64,000 nt of DNA from Truepera sp. (GTDB lineage: Bacteria; Deinococcota; Deinococci; Deinococcales; Trueperaceae). The stretch spans positions 3,008,001-3,072,000 of the forward strand of contig CBDCKW010000009.1 of NCBI GenBank assembly GCA_965218435.1, read 5' to 3'. The notes under the pieces are model-generated. The model saw only the letters and a program-made list of their open reading frames with translations, was not told where the DNA came from and ran no database searches. The translations under genes were made by a program, and so were the position numbers. Of this stretch, positions 33,508-43,617 are shown piece after piece (position 1 is the first letter of the stretch; every line of letters starts with the position of its first letter).

Positions 33508-35340
33508 ATGGGTTTTGTGATGGACGGCCTCGGCGCAGAGGCGTACGACCGCAACTATTCGGACCGGCAGCTTTTAGGGCGCATCGCCCGCTACTTTCGC
33601 CCGTTTTTCGGCTTGATGGTCTTTGTTGCCACGACGATCTTGCTCACGGCGGTCATGGACGCGGCGTTTCCAATTCTGATCTCTCGTGGTATTGACGCAC
33701 TCACCACCCAGACGGGCGCGGTTACGGCGCAGTGGCAGAGCACCGTGTGGCTGCTGGCCGCGATTTTCAGCGCGGGCGCACTGTCGTGGGGATTTAACTT
33801 TTTTCGGCAGAGCTACACCGCAAGGGTTGTGGGTGATGTGGTCTTAAACCTCCGCAAAGATGCGTTTGACGCTGTGCTCGAGCGCGATATGTCGTTTTAT
33901 GACGAGTTCTCGACCGGCAAAATCGTCAGCCGCGTCACCTCCGACACGCAAGATTTCGCCACCGTCGTCACGCTGACGCTCAACTTGATGAGCCAGCTTG
34001 TCCAGGTCGTGATCGTCGTCGGGGTGCTGTTTTTTATCAACGCGCAGCTCGCCCTGATTGCGCTTTTAATTGCGCCCTTTATCGTCGCAGCGGCGCTCGC
34101 CTTTCGCCGCGTCGCCCGCAGCACCACGCAGCAGGCGCGGCGCGTCTTGGCTGAGGTCAACGCGAACGTACAGGAGTCGATCACCGGCATTTCAGTCGCC
34201 AAGACGTTTCGGCAAGAAGGCGCGATTTACGGCGAGTTCAGCCGCGTCAACGCGCAGTCGTATGTGCTCAACCTCCGGCAAGGGTTCGTGTTTAGCGGCA
34301 TCTTCCCGGTGCTCGGAACGATTGCCGGGGTCGGGACGGCCTTGGTCGTCTACTTCGGGGGCACGAGCGTGTTACGGGGCAGCGTCACGCCCGGTCAGTG
34401 GTTTTTGTTCGCCGAAAGTATCGCGCTGTTATGGCAACCGTTGACGAGCATCGCGTCGTTTTGGAGTCAGTTTCAGCTCGGGCTCTCAGCGAGTGAGCGG
34501 GTCTTTGCCCTGGTGGACGCGGAGCCGCGTGTGGTGCAGACGGACAACCAAGTTTTACGGGACGTTAAGGGCCGCATCGAGTTCAAAAACCTCGACTTTC
34601 GCTACACCGCGCAGGAGCAGGTTTTGGATCACTTTAACCTGACCATCGAAGCGGGCGAGACAGTCGCACTTGTGGGACATACCGGCGCAGGCAAATCGAG
34701 CCTCGGCAAGTTGGTGGCACGCTTCTACGAGTTTCAGGGAGGCGAGCTGACGATTGACGGACACGATATTCGGACGCTCGAGCTTCCCCCCTACCGTAAA
34801 CACTTAGGCATCGTCCAGCAGACGCCCTTTTTGTTCGGCGGCACGGTGCGCGACAACATCCGTTACGGCACGGCGGACGCTTCGGATGAAGACGTACGGA
34901 AAGTTGCGGGGCGTATCGGCGGCGGCGACTGGTTGGACGCCTTGCCCCAAGGCTTGGACACCGACGTGGGTGAAGCCGGCAAAGGCATCTCGATGGGGCA
35001 GCGGCAGCTCGTGGCGCTCGCCCGGACGCTCTTGCAAAACCCCAGCATCTTGATTTTAGACGAAGCCACCGCGAGTGTTGACCCGCTGACCGAAGCGCAG
35101 ATTCAAGAGGGACTCGAGGTCGTTTTACGGGACCGCACCGCCATCGTGATCGCGCACCGGCTCTCAACGATTCGCTCGGCCGACCGCATCATCGTACTGC
35201 GTGAGGGTGAAGTCATCGAAGAGGGCGACCATAACGGACTGATGACAGCGGGCGGACACTACGCCGAGCTTTACACGACGTACTTTCGGCATCAGTCACC
35301 GGACTATCATCCTGACGACGTTCAACCTTTGACGGCGTAG
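33508..35340 (+). CDS. ABC exporter half-transporter (TMD-NBD), partner subunit
   Basis: GHTGAGKS, ISMGQRQL, LILDEAT, IAHRLST. Confidence 0.95.
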   Translation: MGFVMDGLGAEAYDRNYSDRQLLGRIARYFRPFFGLMVFVATTILLTAVMDAAFPILISRGIDALTTQTGAVTAQWQSTVWLLAAIFSAGALSWGFNFFRQSYTARVVGDVVLNLRKDAFDAVLERDMSFYDEFSTGKIVSRVTSDTQDFATVVTLTLNLMSQLVQVVIVVGVLFFINAQLALIALLIAPFIVAAALAFRRVARSTTQQARRVLAEVNANVQESITGISVAKTFRQEGAIYGEFSRVNAQSYVLNLRQGFVFSGIFPVLGTIAGVGTALVVYFGGTSVLRGSVTPGQWFLFAESIALLWQPLTSIASFWSQFQLGLSASERVFALVDAEPRVVQTDNQVLRDVKGRIEFKNLDFRYTAQEQVLDHFNLTIEAGETVALVGHTGAGKSSLGKLVARFYEFQGGELTIDGHDIRTLELPPYRKHLGIVQQTPFLFGGTVRDNIRYGTADASDEDVRKVAGRIGGGDWLDALPQGLDTDVGEAGKGISMGQRQLVALARTLLQNPSILILDEATASVDPLTEAQIQEGLEVVLRDRTAIVIAHRLSTIRSADRIIVLREGEVIEEGDHNGLMTAGGHYAELYTTYFRHQSPDYHPDDVQPLTA

Positions 35341-35342
35341 AC

Positions 35343-36698
35343 GTGCATGATCCGTATTTGTATCTGGGTCTCGACCTCGGTACGACGAGTGTTTCAGCGG
35401 CAGTGATTGACCTGGAGACGGGTCACGTGCTAAGAACCCAAAGTCTCCCCCATCACGCTGCGATAACGGCCGATATTCCGGGAGCGCATACGCAAGACGC
35501 TGACACGTTGGTCACACAGGCGCAGAGGCTAGTCGCTCCCCTCACAGCTGAGTTCGGCCCCTTTTCCGGCATCGGCGTCACAGGGCAGATGCACGGGATT
35601 TTATATGTAGACGCAGCTGGCCAGGCCGTCAGCCCACTTTTTACGTGGCTTGATAGGCAAGCTGAGGGGAAAAACGAAGGCAAAGGTTATCTCGAGCACT
35701 TCCAAGAAGCCACCGGTGAAGCTGTGCCTACTGGGTATGGCGCAGTGACGCACTTTACCCAACTGCAAAGCGGGCGCATCCCGAAAACCGCCGCGTCGCT
35801 CTGTACCGCCCCCGACTATTTGGTGATGCGACTTTGCGGTTTGACGCACCCACTCACCGACCCGACTTTGGCGCATAGTTTGGGGCTTTTTAGCTTGGAG
35901 CAGCTCTCTTTTAAGGATAAGGTGTGGAAAGAGTTGGGCTCGAGTCCCGTAAAATTTCCGACTGTAAGCGTTCACAGCGTCGTCGCAGGCAGATACGAGG
36001 GCACGCCCGTTGTCACCGCTCTAGGGGACAATCAGGCGAGTTTTATCGGGAGTATAGGCGACCCGGAACGCTCGGTTTTAGTGACTTTAGGCACGAGCGG
36101 GCAAGTCAGTTGTGTAAGTAACGAGCTGAAGTATGCGGACGGACTCGAGACCCGCCCTTTTCCCGACAACCGGTTTTTGCTCGTCGGCGCGAGTTTAACC
36201 GGGGGTAAAGCTTTAGAAATGTTGGCGAACCTGGTAGACGAAATTGCTTATAAGCTGACCGGCGAACATCTTAAAAATCCTTACGGATTGCTCGAGGGCG
36301 ATCCTGCAAACTTGAACCCGCCGCACCTCGAGGTTGACACCCGCTTCGCCGGGTCGCGGAATAAAAGCGCAAAAGCCGGGGCTATCCGTAACCTCACGCT
36401 TGACAATTTTACGTTAGGGTACCTCGCTTACGGCTTTGCTCAGGGCGTCGTAGACGAGCTTTATGCTTTTTGGCAAAGTGGCCTCGAAACAGCAAAGATT
36501 TCTAAGATCGTTGGCAGTGGAAATGTTTTACGCCGAAGCTCTTTAGTAAGGGAGCGGTTGCAGACGACGTTTGGGTTACCGCTTTCGCTGACCCCTTACC
36601 AAGAAGAAGCGGCGGTCGGAGCCGCCATCTACGCCGCGTCAACGGTGCAAAAAGAACCGCTCGAGGCCGTTTCTCAAAAGCTCTTTGCCGACGAATAA
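35343..36698 (+). CDS. FGGY carbohydrate kinase, sedoheptulokinase-like
   Basis: LGLDLGTTS, IGVTGQMHG, ALGDNQASF, LGTSGQVS, GASLTGG. Confidence 0.8.
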   Translation: MHDPYLYLGLDLGTTSVSAAVIDLETGHVLRTQSLPHHAAITADIPGAHTQDADTLVTQAQRLVAPLTAEFGPFSGIGVTGQMHGILYVDAAGQAVSPLFTWLDRQAEGKNEGKGYLEHFQEATGEAVPTGYGAVTHFTQLQSGRIPKTAASLCTAPDYLVMRLCGLTHPLTDPTLAHSLGLFSLEQLSFKDKVWKELGSSPVKFPTVSVHSVVAGRYEGTPVVTALGDNQASFIGSIGDPERSVLVTLGTSGQVSCVSNELKYADGLETRPFPDNRFLLVGASLTGGKALEMLANLVDEIAYKLTGEHLKNPYGLLEGDPANLNPPHLEVDTRFAGSRNKSAKAGAIRNLTLDNFTLGYLAYGFAQGVVDELYAFWQSGLETAKISKIVGSGNVLRRSSLVRERLQTTFGLPLSLTPYQEEAAVGAAIYAASTVQKEPLEAVSQKLFADE

Positions 36699-36704
36699 GT
36701 TGGT

Positions 36705-36768
36705 AAACGAGCAGGTTGAAACGACTGGGTTGAAACGAGCAGGTTGAAGTGACCAGGTCGAAACAACC
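36705..36768. repeat. imperfect 14-bp tandem repeat, about 4.5 copies
   Basis: aaacgagcaggttg / aaacgactgggttg / aaacgagcaggttg / aagtgaccaggtcg / aaacaacc. Confidence 0.8.
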
Positions 36769-36774
36769 GATATC

Positions 36775-38013
36775 TCAAGCAACCCGCTGCACGTCGGTCA
36801 TGACCAACCGGCTTTTGGGAATCGCAGGCAGCCGTGACAAGCTGACGCTCAAATCTTGCGGCGGCACCGTGTAGCGCAGCGAGCTTAAAAACTTGACGGC
36901 CTCTTTCATTAGGGAGATCGTCACCCACTCCCCGGCGCAGCGGTGCCCGAAATGGTGGTCGCCGCCGCCCTGCGAAACGAACGTGTAGGCGCTCCCGTCC
37001 CACTGATAGAACCGCTCGGGCATAAACTTGTCCGGCTCGCCCCAAAGCCGCGCGTCATGATTGGTACCGTAAAGGTCAAGGAGCACCCGCCGACCTTTGG
37101 GAAAGCGGAAGCCGCGCCAAAAAAACGTCTCGCGCACACGCGCCGCCGTAAACGGAAAAAAGGGATAAAAGCGTCTGACTTCTTGCACGAACAGCTCGAG
37201 GTACCCTTCATCACTTTGGACGCGCCTTCGGCACTGCGGATACTGATATAGGGCGAGCGCGGCAAAGGCGATATACCGGGCAATGGCAACAGTTGGCCGC
37301 ACCACGTTAAGGAGCGCGACGGCCGCCTCGTGCTTACTCAGCAGTTCACCGTCAAGCTTGCGGAACGTCGCAATTTTGAAAAGTGCCGACCCTTCGGGGG
37401 TGTGGAGGGTGCCTTTGCGCACCCGTTCAACGAGCCTCGCGGCCCAGGCGTCACCCTGAATCCGGCTCAGCCGCCCCTTAAGGTAACGGAAACCGACAGC
37501 AGCCGGAGCGTCAATCATGGCCGCGAGTTCCAGGGTCCGAAACCCGGCAGCGTTTAGTGGTACCCCGGCCCAGCTGCACGCCGCTTTACACCGTAGCTCC
37601 ATCACTTCCTCAAACAGCACTACGCGGTCTCGGCGGGTCCATTTATCCGCGCAAACGTCCCACTGCTCAGCGGTAAGCTCTACCAGCCGCTGCAGCTCAG
37701 CGGGCGACATAAATGACATATGTAAGGCTTTGAGGTGCCGGTGCGGTGCACCGTCTAACCCCTGCACCCCGCCCGTCCCAAAGAGCGTTTTTTGCAGCCG
37801 CCCCGGTGCCGCGCCTGCCCGGACAAAGTGCGCGGGGTCGTAAAACAGCTCGGCAGCGTCCCGACCAGACAGGCAAATCGTCGGTTCAAACAGCAACCGG
37901 GTTTGAAAGATGTCCGTACCAAGGCGGCGACCCCGTTTAGTGATGAACAGGTAGCCGTCTTTAAGGAGCGCGGACGACGCATCGAAGCTGTAGTCTGAAG
38001 GAATTTTGGGCAT
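36775..38013 (-). CDS. cytochrome P450, CYP152 fatty-acid peroxygenase type
   Basis: QKTLFGTGGVQGLDG, I-helix NVVRP (substrate Arg), EVRRFYPFFP, DLYGTNHD, HRCAGE. Confidence 0.9.
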   Translation of the reverse strand: MPKIPSDYSFDASSALLKDGYLFITKRGRRLGTDIFQTRLLFEPTICLSGRDAAELFYDPAHFVRAGAAPGRLQKTLFGTGGVQGLDGAPHRHLKALHMSFMSPAELQRLVELTAEQWDVCADKWTRRDRVVLFEEVMELRCKAACSWAGVPLNAAGFRTLELAAMIDAPAAVGFRYLKGRLSRIQGDAWAARLVERVRKGTLHTPEGSALFKIATFRKLDGELLSKHEAAVALLNVVRPTVAIARYIAFAALALYQYPQCRRRVQSDEGYLELFVQEVRRFYPFFPFTAARVRETFFWRGFRFPKGRRVLLDLYGTNHDARLWGEPDKFMPERFYQWDGSAYTFVSQGGGDHHFGHRCAGEWVTISLMKEAVKFLSSLRYTVPPQDLSVSLSRLPAIPKSRLVMTDVQRVA

Positions 38014-38265
38014 CCGCCGCCTTTCGCGTACCTTCTATCAACCCGTCAATCATCCGAGAGAGTATAACCGGGTTGCGTTGACTGCTCATATCATCACGTT
38101 CTGGCGTCATGGTTTGAACGTGTAAAAGGTGCTGTTTTCTCTGCACCGGCACCTACTAGCTTCTTTAGGCTAACTTCTTACTTCTCCTTCTTACTTCTCG
38201 CGACCCACTGTCAACAGTCAACGCCTCCGACCGAGTTTAGAAGCTCAGCAGGACCTATGCTCCGT

Positions 38266-38607
38266 CTATGCTTCGTCGCGCCCTTTGACCTCGGCGGGTG
38301 GGTGCGTCGCTTCGACGGCGGTAAACGCCTCTAAAATCTTGTAGGTATGACTGGCCCCTTCTGGGACTAACCACGAGTCACCGGCCTCGAGTCTGACCAT
38401 CTGGCCCTCGAGGTGCAACTCAGCTGTGCCCTCAATCACGTAGCCGACCGTCTCATACTCGCGGCGCTCTTCAGGTTTGGTCTCATCTGCGGGTTCACTG
38501 CGCCAAAGCCGCATCGAAACACCTTTACCCGACGCGAGGTACACCTGCCCCATCTCGCCGTGTGGGGACGTTCTCGAGCTGACTTTTTTAATCGTTGAAT
38601 CTGCCAT
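38266..38607 (-). CDS. cupin domain protein
   Basis: GEMGQVYLASG..VSMRLW, YETVGYVIEG, AGDSWLVPEGASHTY; RBS GGAGG before ATG 38607. Confidence 0.88.
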   Translation of the reverse strand: MADSTIKKVSSRTSPHGEMGQVYLASGKGVSMRLWRSEPADETKPEERREYETVGYVIEGTAELHLEGQMVRLEAGDSWLVPEGASHTYKILEAFTAVEATHPPAEVKGRDEA

Positions 38608-38796
38608 TACAACCTCCTTATACTTCTCAGTTTGAAGCATCAAGCGGCGTGTAAAACATTGACCCGCACACACATTTACCTGTAACTGCTGTTTGCGGGC
38701 CTTTCAGGTAGGTTCTATGCACGACTTGCGACCAAACAAACAGAACGGTAGACGCTAAACTCGCGCAGTCTAAGCTTTAGGGCGGCTTAACGAATG

Positions 38797-39063
38797 CTAG
38801 TGAACTGTAACGACGCGCCAACCGCCGGCCTTTTCCTCTATTTCAAGGGTGAGCATGACTAGCTCGAACGCACTCCATTCGTCCGAATCAAGCGAGCAGT
38901 AGGGCATCTCGAAAAACCCGTCAGCCCCCTCGACCGGAACAAGCTCAAAGGCGTCCAGTTCAGCAGGAAGCGCCACAGTACTAAGCGCAGTGTCAGGCCC
39001 CGTGTTCGGCCTAGTGTCCGGCAACGCGAGCCACACACGCCTCACGCCCAAAAAATCCGACAT
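38797..39063 (-). CDS. hypothetical protein
   Basis: 88-aa acidic ORF with GAGAGG upstream; family not recognised. Confidence 0.5.
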   Translation of the reverse strand: MSDFLGVRRVWLALPDTRPNTGPDTALSTVALPAELDAFELVPVEGADGFFEMPYCSLDSDEWSAFELVMLTLEIEEKAGGWRVVTVH

Positions 39064-39193
39064 GTTGCCTCTCTCAATCTGCCTAAATCAGCTGAATTTT
39101 GAAGGTGTCACGTTTTGTGTGTTTGTGGGCCTGCTTGCCTCTCTCACGAGCTTGCTGCAGTACCATACACAGAACGTGATGCACCGCCAAATT

Positions 39194-39526
39194 TTAGATA
39201 AACATCTTGCGGATTTTACGTTGGGGTGGCCCACTGAGGGCTACGGTAAAGGTATGCTCGAGCTCACACAGGTCTCCGTACAAACCCTTAAGCGTCGGCA
39301 GGTCTGAAAACCTCTCCTCCGCCGCTTGGGTTAACAGCAGTAGTTGGTCCCGGTCGCGGCGATATTGAGACGACTCGACCCACCACCAGTACTTCGGCAG
39401 CAGCGCGTTAAGTTCACCCGCAAGCTGCCCGATGTCGCGCCGGAGCACACGTTTAGCTTCCGTTAAGGCACTTCTGCCGAGCCTGACCTGAGCGTCCACA
39501 GCTGCTTGTTTCATGGTGTCTCTCAT
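39194..39526 (-). CDS. hypothetical protein
   Basis: Helical-looking ORF with a purine-rich RBS before ATG 39526; family not recognised. Confidence 0.5.
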   Translation of the reverse strand: MRDTMKQAAVDAQVRLGRSALTEAKRVLRRDIGQLAGELNALLPKYWWWVESSQYRRDRDQLLLLTQAAEERFSDLPTLKGLYGDLCELEHTFTVALSGPPQRKIRKMFI

Positions 39527-39760
39527 GATTCCCCCCACTACATCTTGTCTTGTACTTTGGTTGATGCCCTTTATCTCGTTCGCTCAAACTGCGCTGCTTA
39601 CCCCTCAGCCAGTATGTTACGAATTACTTACATTATCTTAAAGGCTCTAGCGTTACGAAAAGACACAGTTGTAAGAAAATCGAGGTACATTTGCCCCGGT
39701 AGTTCCAAAAAATAAAACGCGAACGCCGATCATGCCACTTTGCTTGACACCAAAAGGTTC

Positions 39761-39793
39761 GGCCTGTACTGCGTTTCTAAGCAGCTACAGGCC
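39761..39793 (-). terminator. hairpin downstream of the Zn-dependent dehydrogenase
   Basis: ggcctgtactgc...gcagctacaggcc. Confidence 0.5.
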
Positions 39794-39830
39794 GATCGTT
39801 AAGTTTTAGCTGAACTTTTTTAGCTGGACT

Positions 39831-41045
39831 TTAAGCAGGCTCGAGCTCGAGTTCAACCTTGATCCAACCCGGCTCCCGCTCGTCGAACTCCCGGTACGCC
39901 GAAATTGCGTCTTGCATAGGTTCCATCTGGGTCAGGATTTTAACTGGATCAACGACGCCTGAGGCCACCATATCAACCAGTTTGGGAATATATTTGCGGT
40001 GGTTGCAGTTGCCCATTTTCAGCGTCAGGTTTTTGTTCATCGCTTGCCCGATGGGAAACGTCTGCATCGTCGGCGGATAGACCCCGATAATCGAAACGGT
40101 TCCGGCTTTGGCCACGGCTTGCACGGCCCACTCGAGGGCCTGTGAGGGTGCGTCGCCGGGAACCCAGTTGTCACCGTCCGTATTTTGCTCCGGCGCAACC
40201 TGCTCGACTTCGGACTCGAACTGCTGTTCCTCTTGCCCTTCCGGTGCAGCAGGGCCGTGGTCGGCGTGCTGCGCGTCGACGCCTACCGCGTCAATCACCC
40301 GGTCAACCCCGCTGCCGCCGGTCAGCCGCACAATCGTCTCAACCGGGTCTTCTTGATCAAAGTTGATAACCTCAGCGCCCTGTGCTTTGGCCATCTCGAG
40401 GCGGTCTTGATGCCGGTCAACGGCGATGACGCGCCCCGCGCCCAAAAGTTTGGCGCTCAAAATGGCGAACTGGCCGACCGGCCCGCAGCCGAACACCGCG
40501 ACCGTATCCCCGGCTTCGATTTCAGCCATGTCCGCGCCGAAGTAGCCGGTCGGAAAGATGTCCGAGATTAAGATCGCCTGCTCGTCAGCGACGCTATCGG
40601 GCAATTTGACGAGCCCTACGTTAGCGAAAGGCACGCGCACCTTTTCAGCCTGCATCCCGTCGAGGCCGCCCGCCGCTTCTGGCCCGCCGAAAAAGGTCGT
40701 TCCGGCGCGTTTGCCTCCTGGGTTGGCGTTGTCGCACTGTGCGTAGTACCCGGCGCGGCAGTACGAACAGTACCCGCAGCCGACGGTCGAGGGGATGACC
40801 ACGCGGTCACCGATATTTAAGTTCCGCACATCGTCGCCAACCGCTTCAACGACGCCGACCCCTTCGTGACCGACAATCCGGCCCTCTTTCATCCCGGTAA
40901 AGGTGCCGCGCACGAAATGCAGGTCGGTGCCGCAGATGGCGCTCGAGGTCAGCCGCACAACCGCGTCATTGGGGTCTTGGATGGTCGGTTCGGGAACGTC
41001 GTCGAGGCGAATGTCGCCGATACCGTGAAATACAACTGCTTTCAT
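39831..41045 (-). CDS. zinc-dependent alcohol dehydrogenase (FDH-like)
   Basis: AICGTDLH, GHEGVG, CGYCSYC...C, SDIFPTGY, GCGPVG, DAVG. Confidence 0.93.
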   Translation of the reverse strand: MKAVVFHGIGDIRLDDVPEPTIQDPNDAVVRLTSSAICGTDLHFVRGTFTGMKEGRIVGHEGVGVVEAVGDDVRNLNIGDRVVIPSTVGCGYCSYCRAGYYAQCDNANPGGKRAGTTFFGGPEAAGGLDGMQAEKVRVPFANVGLVKLPDSVADEQAILISDIFPTGYFGADMAEIEAGDTVAVFGCGPVGQFAILSAKLLGAGRVIAVDRHQDRLEMAKAQGAEVINFDQEDPVETIVRLTGGSGVDRVIDAVGVDAQHADHGPAAPEGQEEQQFESEVEQVAPEQNTDGDNWVPGDAPSQALEWAVQAVAKAGTVSIIGVYPPTMQTFPIGQAMNKNLTLKMGNCNHRKYIPKLVDMVASGVVDPVKILTQMEPMQDAISAYREFDEREPGWIKVELELEPA

Positions 41046-41424
41046 GATGCTCCTTTTTTAGCTGGGTGATAAGTAACAAACGTAACCGGTCGCAACTCGG
41101 CTCGAACTAATAACGAGCGAGCCACCGCTAAGTTTTTTGTTCAAATATGGTGCGTGGCGTGGTTGATAGAAAAAGTGCCGCGCTGCCCTCGTGCCTAGCT
41201 GCTCCTCCCCTATTCAGGTATAGGTCAAAACGCAGCGCAGAACTTGGGTCTAACGCACGCTGCGCGGGTAAGCCAAAGGCAAACTCAGTGGGTTTAAGGG
41301 GTGCTACTGTCTGCTTTTTTAGTACCTTTTAGGGGAGTAAAGGACGCTGACTTGCTCGAGCTGCTGATTTCTGAATTCTTCTTTGGGCACACTGCCGCCG
41401 CCGCCAGCTGAGTTTAGACCGTTC

Positions 41425-43203
41425 TCAGTTTGCCCCGTAAAGTTCGGTATAAACCGCGTAGTTAAACATCACCCGGCTGACGTACTCGCGGGTCTCGTCG
41501 TGGGTGATGGCCCGGTAAAAGTCAGGGTAAAAATCAGCTGAACTCGTCAGGGACAGGGTCTCTAACAACCGACTAACGTAACCGGGTCCACCGTTATAGG
41601 CCGCAATACTCTCAGGAAGGCTGGCGTCAAACTGAGTGAGCAATTTTGAAAGGTAAAACGCGCCGTAACGGATGTTGTCGGACGCGCGAAAGGGGTCACC
41701 GGGCCTTTCACCCAAAAGTTCAGCCACGTAGTCCCAGGTACTTGGAATCAGTTGCAGCAGCCCTTGGGCACCGGAAAATGAGACCGCGCGGGGGTGAAAG
41801 AGCGATTCTTGCCGCATCACCGCCCAGAGCAGCGCCGGACGCAGGTTATAAGTGCGGGCTTGGGTCAGGACGCTCCCGGCAAAAGCCTGCGGATAGGCTG
41901 CTCGGTAGGTACGACGTGCGCGGCTACCCTTCCGCAGATAGGCGTTCGCGGCTAAGGTACTAGAGCTGAACTCGCCCATCCTTTGTAACGCTTCGGCAAG
42001 CGCCACGGTCGTCGGTTCGTCACGGCTGTGAGACAGTGCCACGAGCAGTTCACCCAAAGCCGCTTCGGGGTCACCGGCCTCCTGAAGCGCCTTTGAAAGC
42101 GCCAGCACCGGCGGCTTGACGCGTTTTAGCCGCCCATTCGGAACCGAAAACGGTTTGCCCCGCAGCAGGCCGAAAAAACTGTCTGCCGGGATGAGGGCGT
42201 CGGCGGCCCCGGCCGTTTTCGTGTCGCCGAGACGCGTTGCCAGTGTGTAGGCGCGGAAGGCCGCGTCGTCACGATAGTCTGAGCTGTCGTCAGCCGAACC
42301 TTGGGCGACCCGCAGATAGAGGGAAACAGCAGCGGAAACCTTACCCTTGGCCTCGAGCAGTCCTGCCGCGTGCCAGAGGCTGGGGTCATCACCGAGCCTC
42401 AGGTACGCCGCCAGCATCTCTGCGGGGTCACCCTCGGCTTCGGCAAGACGAACGTTCGCCTCTTGCGAATTCGGCAGCATAAGAACCAGCGCCTTGGCTT
42501 GTCGGTAACGCCCCAGTGACAAAAGCACCTTGAACTTTCCCGCGAGCGCCTCGGCGTCAGCCGGTTTTCCGAGCAGCCGGTTGTAAACCTTTAGAGCGCG
42601 TGCGTCATCGCCGCTAGCAGCGAGCGCAGGCGCACGTAGTTCGGGCGCGGACACGCCTCTCAGGGCCATGAGCGCCCGTTCGGGTTCACGAGCGTCTAAA
42701 AAAATTCGGGCGCGGGTGCGCGGCTCGAGCTTAAGCCTAGCGAGGCCCTGCGCCGCCTCGGTAAGAGGCAACGCGTTTCCGTAAGCAGCGGCGGCGCGGA
42801 CGCGGGCTCCGGCTTGTTCTGCAAGTCGTCCCAACGTAAGCTGCGCCCGCTTTTGGTCGTCTCTAGCCAGGGGTGAAATAAGACCGAAAGTGAAGACCTG
42901 CCCCAGGTACTCCAGCCGCTCTTTGGCCGGAAGCTTGGTATTACGAGAAAGCCCTAAAAGGGTGCGGTAGCGCAGATAACTCTCCGGGGCCGACACGACA
43001 AACCGTTTGAGCGCACCCGTATCGCCGCGCAGCTCGGCGCGGAAGAGCCGCTTGTAGTCCCTTAAAACGTCCTTTTGGTACGGCACGTTAAACGTCACCG
43101 TAACTTTGGGCAGCGGCAAAGGTAGTGGCCGAAGCAACCAGCCAAGCATTCCCAAAGCCAGCGCAAGTGCTACGAGTAACGAGAGGCGCACCGTTTGACG
43201 CAC
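41425..43203 (-). CDS. soluble lytic transglycosylase (SLT domain)
   Basis: AVMRQESLF, SGAQGLLQLIPST, NIRYGAFYL, AAYNGG, ETREYV. Confidence 0.92.
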   Translation of the reverse strand: MRQTVRLSLLVALALALGMLGWLLRPLPLPLPKVTVTFNVPYQKDVLRDYKRLFRAELRGDTGALKRFVVSAPESYLRYRTLLGLSRNTKLPAKERLEYLGQVFTFGLISPLARDDQKRAQLTLGRLAEQAGARVRAAAAYGNALPLTEAAQGLARLKLEPRTRARIFLDAREPERALMALRGVSAPELRAPALAASGDDARALKVYNRLLGKPADAEALAGKFKVLLSLGRYRQAKALVLMLPNSQEANVRLAEAEGDPAEMLAAYLRLGDDPSLWHAAGLLEAKGKVSAAVSLYLRVAQGSADDSSDYRDDAAFRAYTLATRLGDTKTAGAADALIPADSFFGLLRGKPFSVPNGRLKRVKPPVLALSKALQEAGDPEAALGELLVALSHSRDEPTTVALAEALQRMGEFSSSTLAANAYLRKGSRARRTYRAAYPQAFAGSVLTQARTYNLRPALLWAVMRQESLFHPRAVSFSGAQGLLQLIPSTWDYVAELLGERPGDPFRASDNIRYGAFYLSKLLTQFDASLPESIAAYNGGPGYVSRLLETLSLTSSADFYPDFYRAITHDETREYVSRVMFNYAVYTELYGAN

Positions 43204-43278
43204 AGCTTAGTTTACTCGTTGGTCTATTTGGCGCACCGCTAAAGCTCGTGATAAAGTCACGGGGTAAGGTCGGCGCTG

Positions 43279-43355
43279 GGGCCCTTAGCTCAGTCGGTTA
43301 GAGCAGTTGACTCATAATCAATTGGTCGTTGGTTCAAGTCCAACAGGGCCCACCA
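43279..43355 (+). tRNA. tRNA-Ile2 (anticodon CAT, lysidine-modified)
   Basis: gggccct acceptor stem, ttgac-tcataa-tcaa anticodon arm, ggttcaagtcc T arm, encoded CCA; closely resembles E. coli ileX. Confidence 0.9.
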
Positions 43356-43617
43356 TTTTCTCCCGTGCCGTACGGAAAAACTTCGCCTTAGTCGATTGGT
43401 CGTCAAAAGCGGTGGGCAATAAGTGAAGCTACCAAACCGAAATGACTGAAATCAAGGCAGAACTTTCTAACACGTATAGTCTAGTTAATCTATACAGTTC
43501 AGCACCCAGCTCTAGTGATTGAAGCAAGCTTTAACATCGTACAGGCAGTTGCAGAAGTCTAAGATGGACAGCCGTAAGAACACTGATAAAGCAGGTTTAT
43601 AGACGTGGCGGCGCAGC

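Noticed and set aside
36705..36768. CRISPR array suggested by recurring GTTGAAAC
   Set aside because: Period is only 14 bp, with no unique 25-45 bp spacers and no cas genes in the window
43279..43355. tRNA-Met call from the CAT anticodon
   Set aside because: Paired G1-C72, no three consecutive G-C pairs in the anticodon stem, and strong similarity to ileX point to Ile2
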